Source: Gordius albopunctatus
Taxonomy: Eukaryota
Direction of reading: 5' to 3'
Assembly (NCBI GenBank): GCA_964276515.1
Contig: OZ193910.1
Coordinates: 1,302,001 to 1,366,000, forward strand
DNA length: 64,000 nucleotides
Below the pieces are notes generated by a model. The model searched no databases and was not told the DNA's origin. It saw only the letters and a list, made by a program, of their open reading frames with translations. The translations under genes and the position numbers were made by a program. Of this stretch, positions 39,461 through 52,645 are shown one piece after another; position 1 is the first letter of the stretch; every line of letters starts with the position of its first letter.

Positions 39461-40689
39461 TATATTAAGTAATATACTTTTGTGTATTTATTAATTTAAA
39501 CATATGTTTAATATATATAATTATTATATTAATTTATATTTTCCATTATTTTATTTATTTACGATTTTGTATCTAGTTTGGAAATGTGTTATTTATTATG
39601 TGCATTAGTGATTATAGGTCCGAATCCAAAACGGCAATCATATTTACAAACTAGACCAAAAAAACTAAAAAATAGAGTTCAACTTCGTGAAGTTTTATTC
39701 GAAATATGTGTTTTTCATATTATTTTTAAGAGCATAGAAATTTCATTAGTTCTTGCAACAAAATAATTCGAATTTGAAGCAGACTCCAAGCTTTTAATTT
39801 TGCTTAACTGATATCATTTATAACGAAAGCGTAAATATATAATAAAAATCTGCCATTATTAATACCAACTGCTCACAATTCTATAAATATTTATCTAATG
39901 AGGGAAGCTGGCGTAATAATCTCGTAAAATTTAAAATTTGTATAATAACGAAATCTTTATATTTTCATAGTAATACGTTTCATTTAAATATATTCGTTAA
40001 TTACACCCAAAATAACATAAATATTTCCCTTCTCCGCCATTTAATGCGTGTTCTCAATGGTTCTGAATAACACACAAATCAATTGTACAAACCCTCATAT
40101 AAAGATCCCAATCCTTGATACAAGGTTGGAATTGATATAAAAGGGGAGGTTTAAACATTTGACCACTCTCCAGATAGGCACAAATAAGAAATAGGATTTG
40201 GTCTACTATCTCATTTTGACGCACGGCCATAAAATGAATATGATAAAATAAATTTATAAAAGATATAAACGCATGAATAAACGAGGGGATCGGCTCTTTA
40301 AACGCTCGGATTGTCTTTGTGTAGCCTTAGTCCTAGGCACTTCTGCACTTCGGATAACAGTTCATTTGCTATGCAACTTACGCAATGGTTAAAATAAACG
40401 GATCCTAAATTCTGGGTAGAGGCTCTGGCTTCGTTCATGCTGGTATCTGTTGGATCAAGTTACAAACATATTAACAAACAGTCGTTAGAATGAAAGCCTA
40501 TTACCCAAAGCTCGGTTTTAGACTAATGTAAGCAGAATTGTAGTTTGACTTTTAAGTAAAAAGTTAGACGCGTGGAATAAAATGTAGTTGAGGCTCAAAA
40601 ATAAAAAGGATCTTCGGCGGGGTTGGGATAAGACTAGTAATGTTAAAACGCTCGAGATGGTTGTGCGTGTATTGCGCTCAACCTGGTGA

Positions 40690-40995
40690 TAGTGACATAT
40701 CTCCTACCATTACCATCAGAATAAGGAGCAAATTCTGCTTGCTGCCCACTATACTAGTACGCTATAATTATATTTGCTAAAAACCATGTTTAGTTTCAAA
40801 CAACCCTGCTCTATACTAGGTTTGTTTCAATTCACTCTGCTAAATGCCCGGTAGTTATTTCTCACTCAACCAGCAGCCATAGCAACTTTAATCTGCCAGT
40901 GCTTGAAACTGGGTTATTAAGCAGCATGTGCTCGTTATGCTGATGGTAATGGTAGGGGATATTTGCTACAACCCAGGTTATGGTTGTAGCAAACA
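40690..40995. repeat. Foldback / inverted-repeat element
   Basis: atatctcctaccattaccatcag..taaggagca..tgctt (40697-40740) is inverted at 40919-40964. Hairpin ttgctacaacc..ggttgtagcaa at about 40963-40992. Confidence 0.65.
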
Positions 40996-41289
40996 AGCAA
41001 ATTAGCATCACTAGATAATAATAATTGTGTTTGGCATTAGGATCAAAACACTATTAATAAAAAAAATTGTGGAGATTTTACAATAGATTTAATAAGGTTT
41101 CTTTATGCGTGTATAAATATATCGTCGCTTAGTGGTTTCTTTTGAGTTTATATTATTTATTTAGAGTGTTAATTCTCACTTGATTTCTCGAATGATTTCT
41201 CAGATTTTACGTAGTTTCCCTATGACAAAAATGCTGTAAATTTATATCGCTCGTTTATATGAGCCATAATGATGAGCATGCATATTGAG

Positions 41290-42265
41290 TCGTCGACGCT
41301 AGTGTAAGTGTAAAGTAGGGGGGAATGAGTGACTATGGGCGCGTACTTTTTGAGAGCGGGCGGGTGACGGAAAGAAGGGTTGAAAAGGGGGAAAACCTAG
41401 TTAAGCGCGAGAGTATGGGGTAAAGAAGGGGGCGAGGGGTATATGATGAGCGGGCAGGGGGGTTGCGAGGAGGGGGAATTCTGATTAAGGAGATGATTAT
41501 CACTGTAAATGGTCAAACTATAAACAGGTGGTCAGAAAAATATCTTTATTTTTTGCATAAAAATTAGCTACCAACACCAACAAATTGGACGAATAAAAAA
41601 ATCACAAAGAATTCAAAATCAGGTGAGCCCATCAAAAAAAGAAAAAGTGGTTGGTATTTGAAGGGGGAACGGTCAACATTTATTTTCCGCCAAAATATTT
41701 TTAGGGAAAAATGTATATTTGTGCCAGAGTTACCAATATTGACAAAAGGCGCGGGCCCAAGATTAAAAATGGAATATGGCCTTTGGTCGGGGCAGACAAA
41801 TAAAATTTATGCAGCGGTGATTATTATGTTTACACGTGGTTTGATCTGGGGCCGAGACAAAAAAATGTAGCGCGAACTACAAAACGTAAGATATACGAAA
41901 ATAAGCAGCAAAAATTAAAAAAGGTTTTTGGCATCGCGCCATGCTCAGAAAAATTATAAGTAAGCAACGGTCATTCTTAATTTGTAGGGAATTATTTAGC
42001 CAGTTACGCATTATCCACTATAAAGTAAGATGTTAGACAAGTTGCAAAAAGCAAACTTTTTTTATAAAAATATTCAGTCGGTACACAAAAATAAAAATGT
42101 AATTGGACACGGGCGAGGTCGGAAAAATTATGTCAACCAATGGTAATAATAATTAAAGTGTCTTGTACAGAATTATAGGTTTCCGTTAGGTAAACACATG
42201 TTGTAAGCCGAAGTTGGACAGGAGGGGACGATTGAAAGCAAGCGCACTGCATAGCAATCAATATA
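41290..42265. repeat. DINE/HINE-like dispersed repeat with a G-rich block
   Basis: Homologous to 25055-25835. G-tract cluster at 41318-41477. Ends gcatagcaatcaata. Confidence 0.6.
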
Positions 42266-43627
42266 TTAAATGTTTTTTTATTATTGCCTTGACCCGACAC
42301 AGAACTCGGCCCGGTTTTTTTTAATAAAAACTTTAAGGACGATATTACATTTGATTATTATTTTACCATATAAGAAGGATAGATTTCGAAAAAAATATCC
42401 AGTTTCTTTTGGTACCCATAATTGGAATTTTAGGCGTTGAAGCTCTCGCTCTCCTGAAACAAATTAGAAAAGTGATCTCCAGCGTCTCTTTAGATTTGAA
42501 AGAGTACATTTTATCAGGCAAAAGATCACAATGGAAATCGTTAAATCCAATACGATTTCCATACACCGATCAATCCGTTTAGTTATAGCGCGTTTTTATA
42601 TTTTTTTAGTCGTGAATGTAATTTTTTGTATACCATTTAATAAAGAATTACTTAAATTTATTCAACCAATTATTTTAACGCCAAAATCTACATTTAATTT
42701 CAAATTAATAAACTTTTTATTTTTATTTACTTATATTATCTTTAGAGTTATTAAAGCTACTGTGGATATATGTAAATACCAGAATAAAATTTGCAATTCT
42801 TATTTAAATACATACAGAGATAGTTAGGGGGAGGGGCTGGAGTTTAAATGCTATATTATGTACGTTGTAGGAAAATTATTTAATTTTGAATTGTGTTCAT
42901 TAAATTTTATAAAAGACTAGTTGTCTGGGGTTTAGTTCGGGCCGGGCTTGGGTCTCGGGCTACCCTATCAGACCCGAACTGAGCTCAAGGCCCGATTATT
43001 TTATTGGATCGGGTCGGGTGGGGCTTTGGGAGGCCCGTGCAGGGCCAATGCTATGATTGCTAGTAAAAATTTAATCAAACAAGTGATTTTAGTTTCTTGC
43101 TAATGTCGACTTGGTTTAATAGCTTGAAAACCTTTAGCACATAATAACTTTTAATTTTTTATAGTTCATCTGATTTTAAGACCAACTCACCAATAGATTT
43201 AAATCAAAACAATTAGATTTAAAAGTAGTGTATTTTTAAACCCAAATGCACATTAAATTGAAAAAGATATTCAATTTAATATCTTTAAAAATTTTAAATT
43301 ATCAGCTGTTATTGCAATTTTTTAAAGGCAAATTTGTATTGCCGCTAAGTAAGAATGAGACTTATAGAGCAAAGTGTTGAAAAGCTATAAACATATAATG
43401 GGCGTAGCCAGGATTGAATTTAGAGGGGCCAGTAATGATTTAGGGAGGGGCAAAATGATAATTTTTTAAAATTTTAGCCATAATTTTATGGCATACTGAT
43501 GAGCTCTAATAAGAGAGAAAACTTTATATGTCTGTTATCATTTTGTAAAAAAGATAGAGATATATATAGTCAAATTAATTTTGTTTAATTTTTAAGGTCC
43601 ATCATATTGTAAAGCTCTAAATACACT

Positions 43628-44170
43628 TAGAGCCCGGCAAAATGAAATTTCTTCGGCCTAAGCCCGGCCCGACGTCTCAACTTTATTTTGCCCAAGCCCC
43701 GCCCGAGGGACCTTTTTATTTTTGGCCCCACCATACCCCGAATTTAAAAAATATAATTTTTGAAATTTTTTTCACTATATATATATTACATGCATTAGAT
43801 TGTTATTTTTCATAATTTAAAACTAGGATAAGTTTGTAATAAAAAAATCAATTTATACTAGCTACAATTTATTCAGAGAATAATTTTTAAAATTCTAACT
43901 TTATAAAATAAATTTTATTTATCAGTTTAAAATAAAAAACGTTATGAAATTTCCTATTTTATAAAGTTCTAACAGGTAGTATGAATATATATAAATACAA
44001 GAATATTTGTAATTCAGGTCAAAATATTATAATAGAAAGAGGAAAAAGGCTGAAGTTCGGAAGCTATATTTTATACGCTGTACGAACATAAATAATTAAT
44101 ATAGAGTTAAGTTTATTTATGTCCGATTTTTTAAAGGAATAGTTTGCTTTGGTTCAATTCGGACTGCCCC
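43628..44170. mobile_element. Left arm of a non-autonomous hAT family (TAGAGCCC...GCCCGA repeats)
   Basis: Collinear with 55458-56030 over about 550 bp. The start is the reverse complement of the 25050 end. Confidence 0.75.
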
Positions 44171-44337
44171 ATTCGGCAAAATTTGGGGCTAGTTATCTAG
44201 TGTAGAAATTAATGAAATCGTAAAAGAATTTTAAAGATAAAGATCTAAAAAATTATTGAAATTCTTTAGGGTACGCCTATCAAGAGCTGCTTTAAAATAA
44301 AAAAACAAGCAATTTTTTTCATTAAATTGCTCAGTTT

Positions 44338-45545
44338 TCTTCTTCTTTATCGTGTAGAAAATCCCACAGACGTGGGGTAAGTTTTCAGCAGCCTATTCCA
44401 TCTGAGTCGCGTAAATGCCATGTCAATTTCCATCTGTTTGACGTCCATATCCTTTTCGACCAGTCGTTTCCAGGTGGCACGTGGTCTGCCCCTTCCTCTT
44501 CTTCCAGGCACTTCCATCTCCAGCGTTCGCCGTGTGACATCGTCTTCGTCTCTTCGTAATACATGGCCGTACCACCTCAGTCGATTTTCTCTTAAGAAGT
44601 ACTTCGTCGCTTGTATACCCATCTTTGTCATCAAGGATTCGTTCGTCATGCGATCCAGCTTGGTGTAGCCTAAGCTCCATCGCACCATTCTCATTTCCGT
44701 GACTTGCAAGAGTTTCTCCTCCGCGGTGGTTACAGCCCATGTTTCGCTCCCGGAAAGCAAGACCGGTCGCACGATGGTTTTGTACGCCTTGCTTTTCAAC
44801 CAAATTGGTATCTTTTTGTCACACATGACACCGGAGATGCTGCGCCACTTGAGCCACGCTTTCTTGATCCGAGAATGGACTTCGGCGGTACATCCTCCCT
44901 CTTGATGTAATAGCGAGCCAAGATATGTGAACTTATCAACCTCCGTGTACATTGGACCGTAATTTTTGTGCATTTGCGGACTACCGCCCATCGTTTGCAC
45001 GTAAACCGTTTTCTTCTCGCTGACCTTTAACCCGAATTCCGAAAAACGTTCTGACCATTTTTTCGCCTGATGAAAAACCCCTTCTCTTGTTTCATCGCAT
45101 AGGACAATACCATCGGCATATAGCATAGTCCAAGGGGCTGGCTTGTGCAAGTCCTTTGTTATTGTATCCATAATTAGATTAAACAAGAATGGGCTTAACG
45201 TTGACCCTTGATGTAGTCCAATCATTACTCGGAAGGGTTTCGTTTCTCCTACGGTAGTCCTAACAAATGCAACCGCGCCATTATACATTTCCTTGATAAG
45301 TCAAACATATCCTTCGGGTATATTTCTGGCTCTAAAAGACCACCATATTAAGTCTCTCGGAACCGTATCGTAGGCCTTTTCTAAATCGATGAGGACCATG
45401 TGTAAGTTCTTTCTTATGTCGCCATATTTTTCCATCGTCTGCTTCAACACAAAGATTGGATCCATCGTTGATTTACCGGCCACGAATCGGGACCTAGCGC
45501 TTTCCCTTTCCGCATCTTCGTTAGTTGCGCTCCTACTTCATCAGT
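44338..45545 (-). mobile_element. 5'-truncated RTE LINE (RT + C-terminus), with an internal deletion near 45490
   Basis: IDLEKAYD, GLHQGSTLSP, YADG, RWYGHVLRR and a (GAA)n tail. Confidence 0.92.
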
Positions 45546-45846
45546 TTTAAATTGCAAAAATCATAATATCAACAAGTATTATCAGAGCGTCGGCCAAATG
45601 ATCAATTTGATTAATAAATTCCAATGTTATTAATATCGAGTCCTATTAGATATAATGATATCTAGAGAAATAAGAAATTTTAAAAATTAGATGCATACTA
45701 CCTTAGTATTTATTAATCCGTCTAGCATATAATTAGTTTCTAAGTTTGAAAGCAAAATGACCTTTTATTTCAATAAAGGATAGCGCTAATACAATAAACG
45801 ATATTAAAAATAAAAATAAATTCCTTTATAGATGGCGCAAAATCTT

Positions 45847-48800
45847 TTATTCGCGTTCATAAGGCCAGGCACGCTCAGCTTCGTAGCCTTTGTACAACTT
45901 CTTGTATTTCAAATTGTACATTTTTGTAGATCGACCGGGAAATGCGGTTAAATCATTCCAAAAACCTGGATTATCTGCAAATCTTCGATATTCGACTTTA
46001 ATGTTCAAATTTGGGGGTAATTCGTTAGAGAGCTGTTTTGCGTAAAGTTGATCTAAAGGATTTTCCAACCTAACTGGTGTCGAAAAATGATGACATATAG
46101 CTTGTGGGGTTGTCAGGGTGTGTAATATAGAATTTGGGATATCACGCTTGGCAAATGTTTGCATACACTTGGTTAAAATCTTAAATGATTAAAACAATAT
46201 AAAAAATAATATATTTACTATAAAAAGAGTTAATTCTTTATTCAAAAATTAGTGTTGTCTTTTGACAAACGTTTGGGTTTTGTTTGGTCTACCTTTTTTA
46301 GTAGACTAAACATAAAAAAACCAAAGGCTTTTCGTCTGTTTTTTATTAAACCTTAAGGCTATGTTAATTTGAATAACAGATCAGAATTGACCATTAGTCT
46401 TAGTTGCCCAAAGGTCAACTCAGGCGCGTAGCCAGGACTTTCTCAAGGGGGAATCAAAATTCAAAAAAAAATTTCGACACTTTTATTTATAATTAGAGCT
46501 GTTTTGTCAAGTTCCAGTTCCTTTGCCTAAAATGGAACTAGTTCCAGCTCCTAGTTTCTCATTTAAAAAAGGAACTAGTTCCAGTTCCTTTTTAAAAAAT
46601 TTTTTAAATGTATAAAAATCTTTTATTAATTCATAAAACCAATATATTATATATTAAAATTTATAAAAATCATCAGGTAATAAATGTTTATTTGATTTAA
46701 ACAAAATATTATTTTCAAAGTTGTCATCTAAAAGACATGTTCGCTTGTCTCCAAATAAAATTTTGCCAAAGTTAAATAATCTTTCCACAGGGGCACTTGA
46801 TGGTAAGGTAATGGCGTATAATATTTAATAAATAGTTTTTTTAAATGAGGAAAACTGTCTAAAAGACTTAAATTCCGGTTATTAGAAAGCAAAAAACGTT
46901 CAATTGATTCATTCTTTTCATCATTTTTTAATTCAAAGAAACCATTTCTTATAAACTAGGTCCAGTCTGTTGAGATTTAGGAACAAACAAATTGATATCC
47001 TTTAAAATATTTGCTTTCATGTTCGCAGCGCATTCTTTGCGAATCCAATTCCAATCTGTTTTAAAAGCAGTATGGAGAATAGCCGCCGACAGATTTTCCT
47101 TGCTAAAAAGATCCAAAAATCTATTAAGTAGCTAGACTAGACGTTATAAATAATATTAAGCCTGTTATTAATGCCTTAAGTAATAGCATCTTTTAATGGC
47201 TTACACCATTTCAAGGAGCGCATAGATTCAATTTTCATCAATATTTGAGTGATTGTCGGGGTATAATATGCAAGATACATATAGTTTTGCCCTTCCAAAA
47301 ACTCAATTGCCTTTGCAATTGGTTCCATGATGACCTTTAAAACCCATTTTAAAATAATGCTAATGTTTAAAATAAAATTTTACATAGCAATATTCTGCAA
47401 AAAATCACATTCATGTGATGTGAACTTCACATACACTTTGTAACCCATCAAATTGTCCTTTATAATGGAAGTTATGTGCCTCATAGAATTATTATATCAG
47501 GAATTCCATCTTGTAATTACAGGACATATGAAACAACAACCTAGTTGTTTTTTAATCAACTCAGCAGCATGAGTTGATCTACCTTGCAAGTTCCACAACT
47601 GCTGGCATTTGTGCACTACCAATGAGCATATTTTTTTTTATAAAAACCAATTAAAGGAAATGAACTTTATATAAATTACCATAAGTCGAAAAATTTATTT
47701 AACAAACACTACCGTGAATAAAATAGTTTTAGACAGAACGTATCTCCAAACTCTTTTCAATTCACTTTCATGGAATTCATTATTCAAAGAATATTTGTGG
47801 AACATCAATATTCATTCCACTTTATATTTATAAAATAAGGATCTAATAATTGTAAGAGATTCCATAGCCCACCAGAGTCCTTTTAGAACTCCTATATAAT
47901 CTTAACACAAAAGTTTTACACAGGACTTATCTTCAAATCCAATACAATCCTCTTTTATGGAATTCATTATTCAAAGGATATTTGATGATTAGCAATATTC
48001 ATTCCATTTAGTATTCATAAAATAAGATTTAGTCAGTCAATTGTACAATAGTATAAAATAATATCCTTCAAAAATACTCAACTACGGCAAAGTTCATCAA
48101 TTATCTACACAAATAAAAAAGAATAAAAAAAAACTGAAAATTTTCCACTATGACCAAGCAAAATAAAAAAAAATCCAATCTCCACCTGCCATTTATGCCT
48201 AAGAACCGTCACCCTTACGCAATCAGGCCTTTTGCATGCTCATGTTCTCTCAAATTGCGATGCAAAGGATCAGGAAAACCAGGTCAAATGCTCCAGCCAG
48301 TGCATAACAGAGCCTACAATTTTACCATTGTTATCGCCCTCAAAAACTTCTTTCTCCGATTTTAGAAGCCACCCTTTCAATAAAATTATTAAAAATATCC
48401 CCAAAGGCGCTAGATACCTAGCTTCACATACTCTCACAGAAGCCATCGCAAAGATCAACGAGAATCCTAACAATACCGAACATTGGCAAAATCTTTTTTA
48501 TTTTGCGTCTCGCGTCCTCTCAATACCACCTAAAACATACGCAGGTTCTCTCACGAATTGGATAAAAACCAACCTTGCAAGTTGGAATATTATAGGTGAC
48601 CCTTTCATATACGACAATCATTTACACTCGATTCCATCCCTAAATCATAGGGCAAAAATTGTTTCTACCAAAATAAATAACGGCGACATACAAGGCGCGA
48701 TCCGCGTCGCTACATGCGACAATAAATTTCCCCAAACAACATCAATACACTAGATTTACTCAGAGATAAACACCCAGAAAGGCCTAACCTCTCGATTCCA

Positions 48801-51800
48801 GATCCTCCTAATCAAACTTTTCGAAAATTCTCCACTTTCGAGGTTCTTACTACAATCAATACTTTCAAGCGCTCTTCGACTGGGGCAGGCCTCGACGGCC
48901 TGTGCGCAGCTCACCTCTTAGATTTATCAAATCCCTTAACAGATCGATCTGGGCTTTTCTTAAGCACCCTCACTAATCTCATCAATCTCATAATAAAAGG
49001 CATAGTCCCCGAAATAGTTGCCCCATATTTCTTTGGTGCAACCCTGGTATCCTTCTCTAAACCAGACGATAAGATCCGGCCCATAGCTATGGGATCCATC
49101 CTTCGCAGACTATGCGCTAAACTTATAATAAAACGGATTAAAAACCAGGCTATAGAAATCCTAGCTCCCATACAACTCGGATTTGGCGTTAAAGGCGGAT
49201 GCGAAATAGCCTCACACGCGGTTCGCATGTCTCTTGCTTCTCAAATCCCCTCGTATATCGCCAAAATTGACTACAAAAACGCCTTTAATTCAATTTCTCG
49301 ATCCCAATTCCTTAATGAAGCCTACAAACATTTCCCCGAATACTCCGCATTTCTCAATGCGTGTTATTCACCTGTTGCCATCCTTCAATTTCATGAACAT
49401 ACTATTAACTATAGTGACGGTATCCAACAAGGAGACCCTTTAGGGCCTCTGTTATTCTGCCTGGGTATCAACCTCCTTATTGAAAGCCTAAATTCAAAAT
49501 TTAACCTAGCTTTAAATACACGGTACCTTGACGATGGAACAATTCAAGGAGCCCCTTCAGATGTTATCTCAGCCCTAAAGTACCTGGAAACTAAATCTGT
49601 TGAAATCGGTTTATCATTGAACCAAACTAAAACGGAAATTTGTCCCCTCAATAACGCAGATTCGGTCAATATTGCCCTCACCCCCTACAAACTAATCTCT
49701 CCCTCAACATTAACTCTTTTAGGATCTCCAATAGGTGGCACCATTCCCATTTTAGAACTCCTAAATGATACAATTCAGAAAGTATCTAATATGAGGAATA
49801 TCCAACACCTACCCTCTCACCAAGCCATTATCCTCATAAAGAATTGTTTGGCTATCCCAAAAATCATGCACAGTCTTCGATCTTCATCCACATTTTTACA
49901 TCGCGATGCTCTGCTCAAATTTGATACTGAACTAAGGACCTTAATAGGAGAAATAACCAACCTTTCATTAAGTGACAGACATTGGCAACAGGCCTGCCTT
50001 CCCTCAAAACTAGGGGGGTGGGGGTTAGGCATAGGCTCAATAAACTCGATCTCCCTAGCAGCATTTTTATCCAGTCGTCTGTCCAATGATAGCCTCATCT
50101 CAGCACTAACCACACAACCCGACAACCTCCTTGATGTTGCCTTTCAACAGTGGAGCGATATCGTCAATACTCCCTTCCCCGAAGTAAACACACAAAATCT
50201 TGGTATGGCCCTTTGTCAGAGTGCTCCTTACGATCTTTAATCAATGGCGCTTCGGCAGAGGACCTTCCAGCACTGAGAAGTTTAACTTCTGGGACTGGTC
50301 ACGAATGGTTGGAGCCTCTTCCTAGCCGAAACCTTGGTCTTCTTCTTTCCGATAATGAATTCCGGATATCTATAGGCTTCAGACTTGGTTGTAATATTGT
50401 TGCAGAGCACATCTGCTCATAATGCAAATCTCCTGTTGGACCGAAGGGCCACCATGGCCTCCATTGCAACCGCAATAAGACAAGATATTTACGCCACGCT
50501 GCCGTCAATAAAGTTATTCATAACTACATGAATAAAGCTGGCTTTCCATCCATCCTTGAAACATCAGGTCTTTGTGAAGATAGTAAGAGACCTGATGGCC
50601 AAACGCTGTCTCCTTGGGAAAAAAGGACTTAGCTTGGCCTGGGATTTTACTTGCTCCGATGCTTTTTCACCAACGAATCAAAATAAAGATCCACTGGCGA
50701 CAGCCGAAGCTCAAAAAATTACCAAATATTCTGACCTAGGTCCATCAATTATTTTCTGTCCCATTGCGACCACTACCTTAACAACATTTGGCCCTCAAGC
50801 CTTTTCCGGCGACAAACGTGAAGCATTTTTTATGAGGCAGAAAATTGAAATTACCATTTGTAAATATAATTCAATCGCGATATATGAATGTTTTCCTGAT
50901 ATTTATAGTAATGTATAATCAACTTATATCCTGATTAATACAAAAATAAAGACATATTGTATGCTAAAAAATACTAAATAATATTTAAATTATAAATTAA
51001 TTAAAAATTTTTTAATGCAAATTGAAATTGGCAAAAGGAACTTAAAAGGAACTTGTAAGTAGTTCCTTTTGCGATAAATTGAGAAAAAAAGGAACTAATT
51101 CCAGTTCCTCGTTTTAAAAAGGAACTTATTATAGTTCCAGGAACTAGTTCCTTTAACAGCTCTATTTATAATGTAACAAAAGTAAACTTCGCGTAGAATA
51201 TATGCGAAACTTCAAGGCGCTATATAACCAGCTTTGGAAAAATCTTCTCTCTTCATTAACCAGTCAGAGCATTTACTACCGATTTTATACCTTAAAAAAG
51301 GACATGGACCTTCAAAAAAATTTCAAGCTTTGGTCAAGGGGTTAGAAAATTCCCACTTTCTGCCCCCTTGGCTATGCGCCTGGGTCAAGTAATAAAACGC
51401 AGCCATTTATACAACTCTATTCTTTGTACCTTAAATCTGATAAGAGGACTTGGTAAAGGTATTTGCTTGCATTTTGTATCTAATTGTGTGCCGAGAATTT
51501 CTTCACAAATGGCTTTGACGGTATCTTCAACATTATCAGGTGGATTGTAGGGAATCGTAGTTGGTTTGATGCTATTTAGTTTAGTTATATAGTAAATTAA
51601 AATTGACATATAGTCAGGGCCCTATCCATGATTTTTTCTTAAAAATTTTATTATGATTTTATCATTAGGATTGATTTACATTTTAATATTGGTAAGCTAG
51701 AAAATAGATATGCATAAATGTTCCCTAAGGAATGGCAGACAAAAAAAGTAGCTTTAAGTAGTAAAGTAACGAGTAGATTTTATATAATTTTGGGACATTG

Positions 51801-52616
51801 TAGACACTATAAATTTGTTACATTTAAATTGATTTTGGAGGGGGGAGCAGAGCAATCATTTAAATTGCAGCTGCCTTTATTCCAAACCTTGCTATGTACT
51901 TTGAATATATTTGCAAATAAATTCAATAAGCAGATTGTACAAAAACTAATTACATTAAAAGCTTATTGTAAAATATATCTAAAATGTCTATTGTTTTAAA
52001 TTTAATTGCTAACTATTAATATAAAGTTTTCAATCCATAAATATGGTTAGATGCCTCTTTAATGTTTAATTTGTAAAAATTGAATTTATATTAAAGCAAA
52101 AGAAAAATATTATATAATAAAAAATATAATAAAATAGATATATAATTTATATCATTAACCAATATAAAAACTCTAAAAAAACTTTTAAACTTAAAAGTGT
52201 AATTTATATCCCTATAATCTATATTAAATGCATATAATAGACTTTAAAAATTTATTTATAATGGCTTAAGCAAATAGCAAGTAATCTTGATTAATATATT
52301 TTAAGTATGTAGTTTGATAAAAAATGTTTAAAATATAATTACCCACAAGCTTTCAGCCTCATCAGTTGTTCTTCATCATTGAGATCTGAACGCTTTACAA
52401 CCGGTCTTCCAACCTTATTGTCGTTATCTATTCTGTCACTCTTGATCTTTTTTAAAAATGATATATATCTGTTTCCAGGATATAACTGCAAATAAATTTA
52501 TTTTAAAAAAGTATTTTAGTTCAGAACTTTGTTAAATTTTTGCTGCAGTACAATTCCCAAATTATATATTAAAATTTTAGAAATATTAATACCCAATATC
52601 TTTTCAACAAACTCAT
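45847..52616 (-). CDS. MRPL50: Mitochondrial 39S ribosomal protein L50 (mL50); exons 52616-52593 (tentative), 52485-52343, 51571-51430, 46179-45847
   Basis: The GT-AG spliced frame reads ...YNPPDNVEDTVKAICEEILG...IRFK|ILTKCMQTFAKRDIPNSILHTLTT...FSTPV...ELPPNLNI, matching the mL50 pattern YxPP...KFxLL...VPNSxLH...LPPNL. Exon 1, and a possible 15-nt extra exon near 52542-52528, are uncertain. Confidence 0.85.
46690..47630 (-). pseudogene. C-terminal half of a hAT transposase
   Basis: KCQQLWNLQGRS...PVITRWNS* and LPSSAPVERLFNFGK...LDDNFEN. Confidence 0.85.
47640..50965 (+). mobile_element. Full-length CRE-clade retrotransposon, disabled ORF at about 48150-50918
   Basis: CHLC..H..C finger, GAGLDG, RPIAMG, QLGFG, DYKNAFN, GIQQGDPLGP, YLDD, GHEWL, HGLHC..RH, RPDG, WDFTC. 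The 5' UTR has a duplicated block (47767 / 47953). Boundaries approximate. Confidence 0.9.
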
Positions 52617-52645
52617 GCGGTAAGGTAAAAATAAAAACCGGTGGC

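Larger units (their letters stand above)
46494..51164 (-). mobile_element. Defective hAT transposon (AGTTCC repeat family) carrying a CRE retrotransposon
   Basis: TIR TAGAGCTGTT / AACAGCTCTA with a perfect TSD tttataat (46486-46493 / 51165-51172). Confidence 0.92.
46421..51382. mobile_element. hAT-type MITE (CAGGCGCGTAGCCA), split by a nested hAT
   Basis: TIRs caggcgcgtagcca / tggctatgcgcctg with TSD ggtcaact / ggtcaagt. Confidence 0.85.

Noticed and set aside
52352..52366. CTGATGA...GAAA hammerhead-like string on the minus strand
   Set aside because: There is no room for stem II, and it lies within an MRPL50 coding exon.
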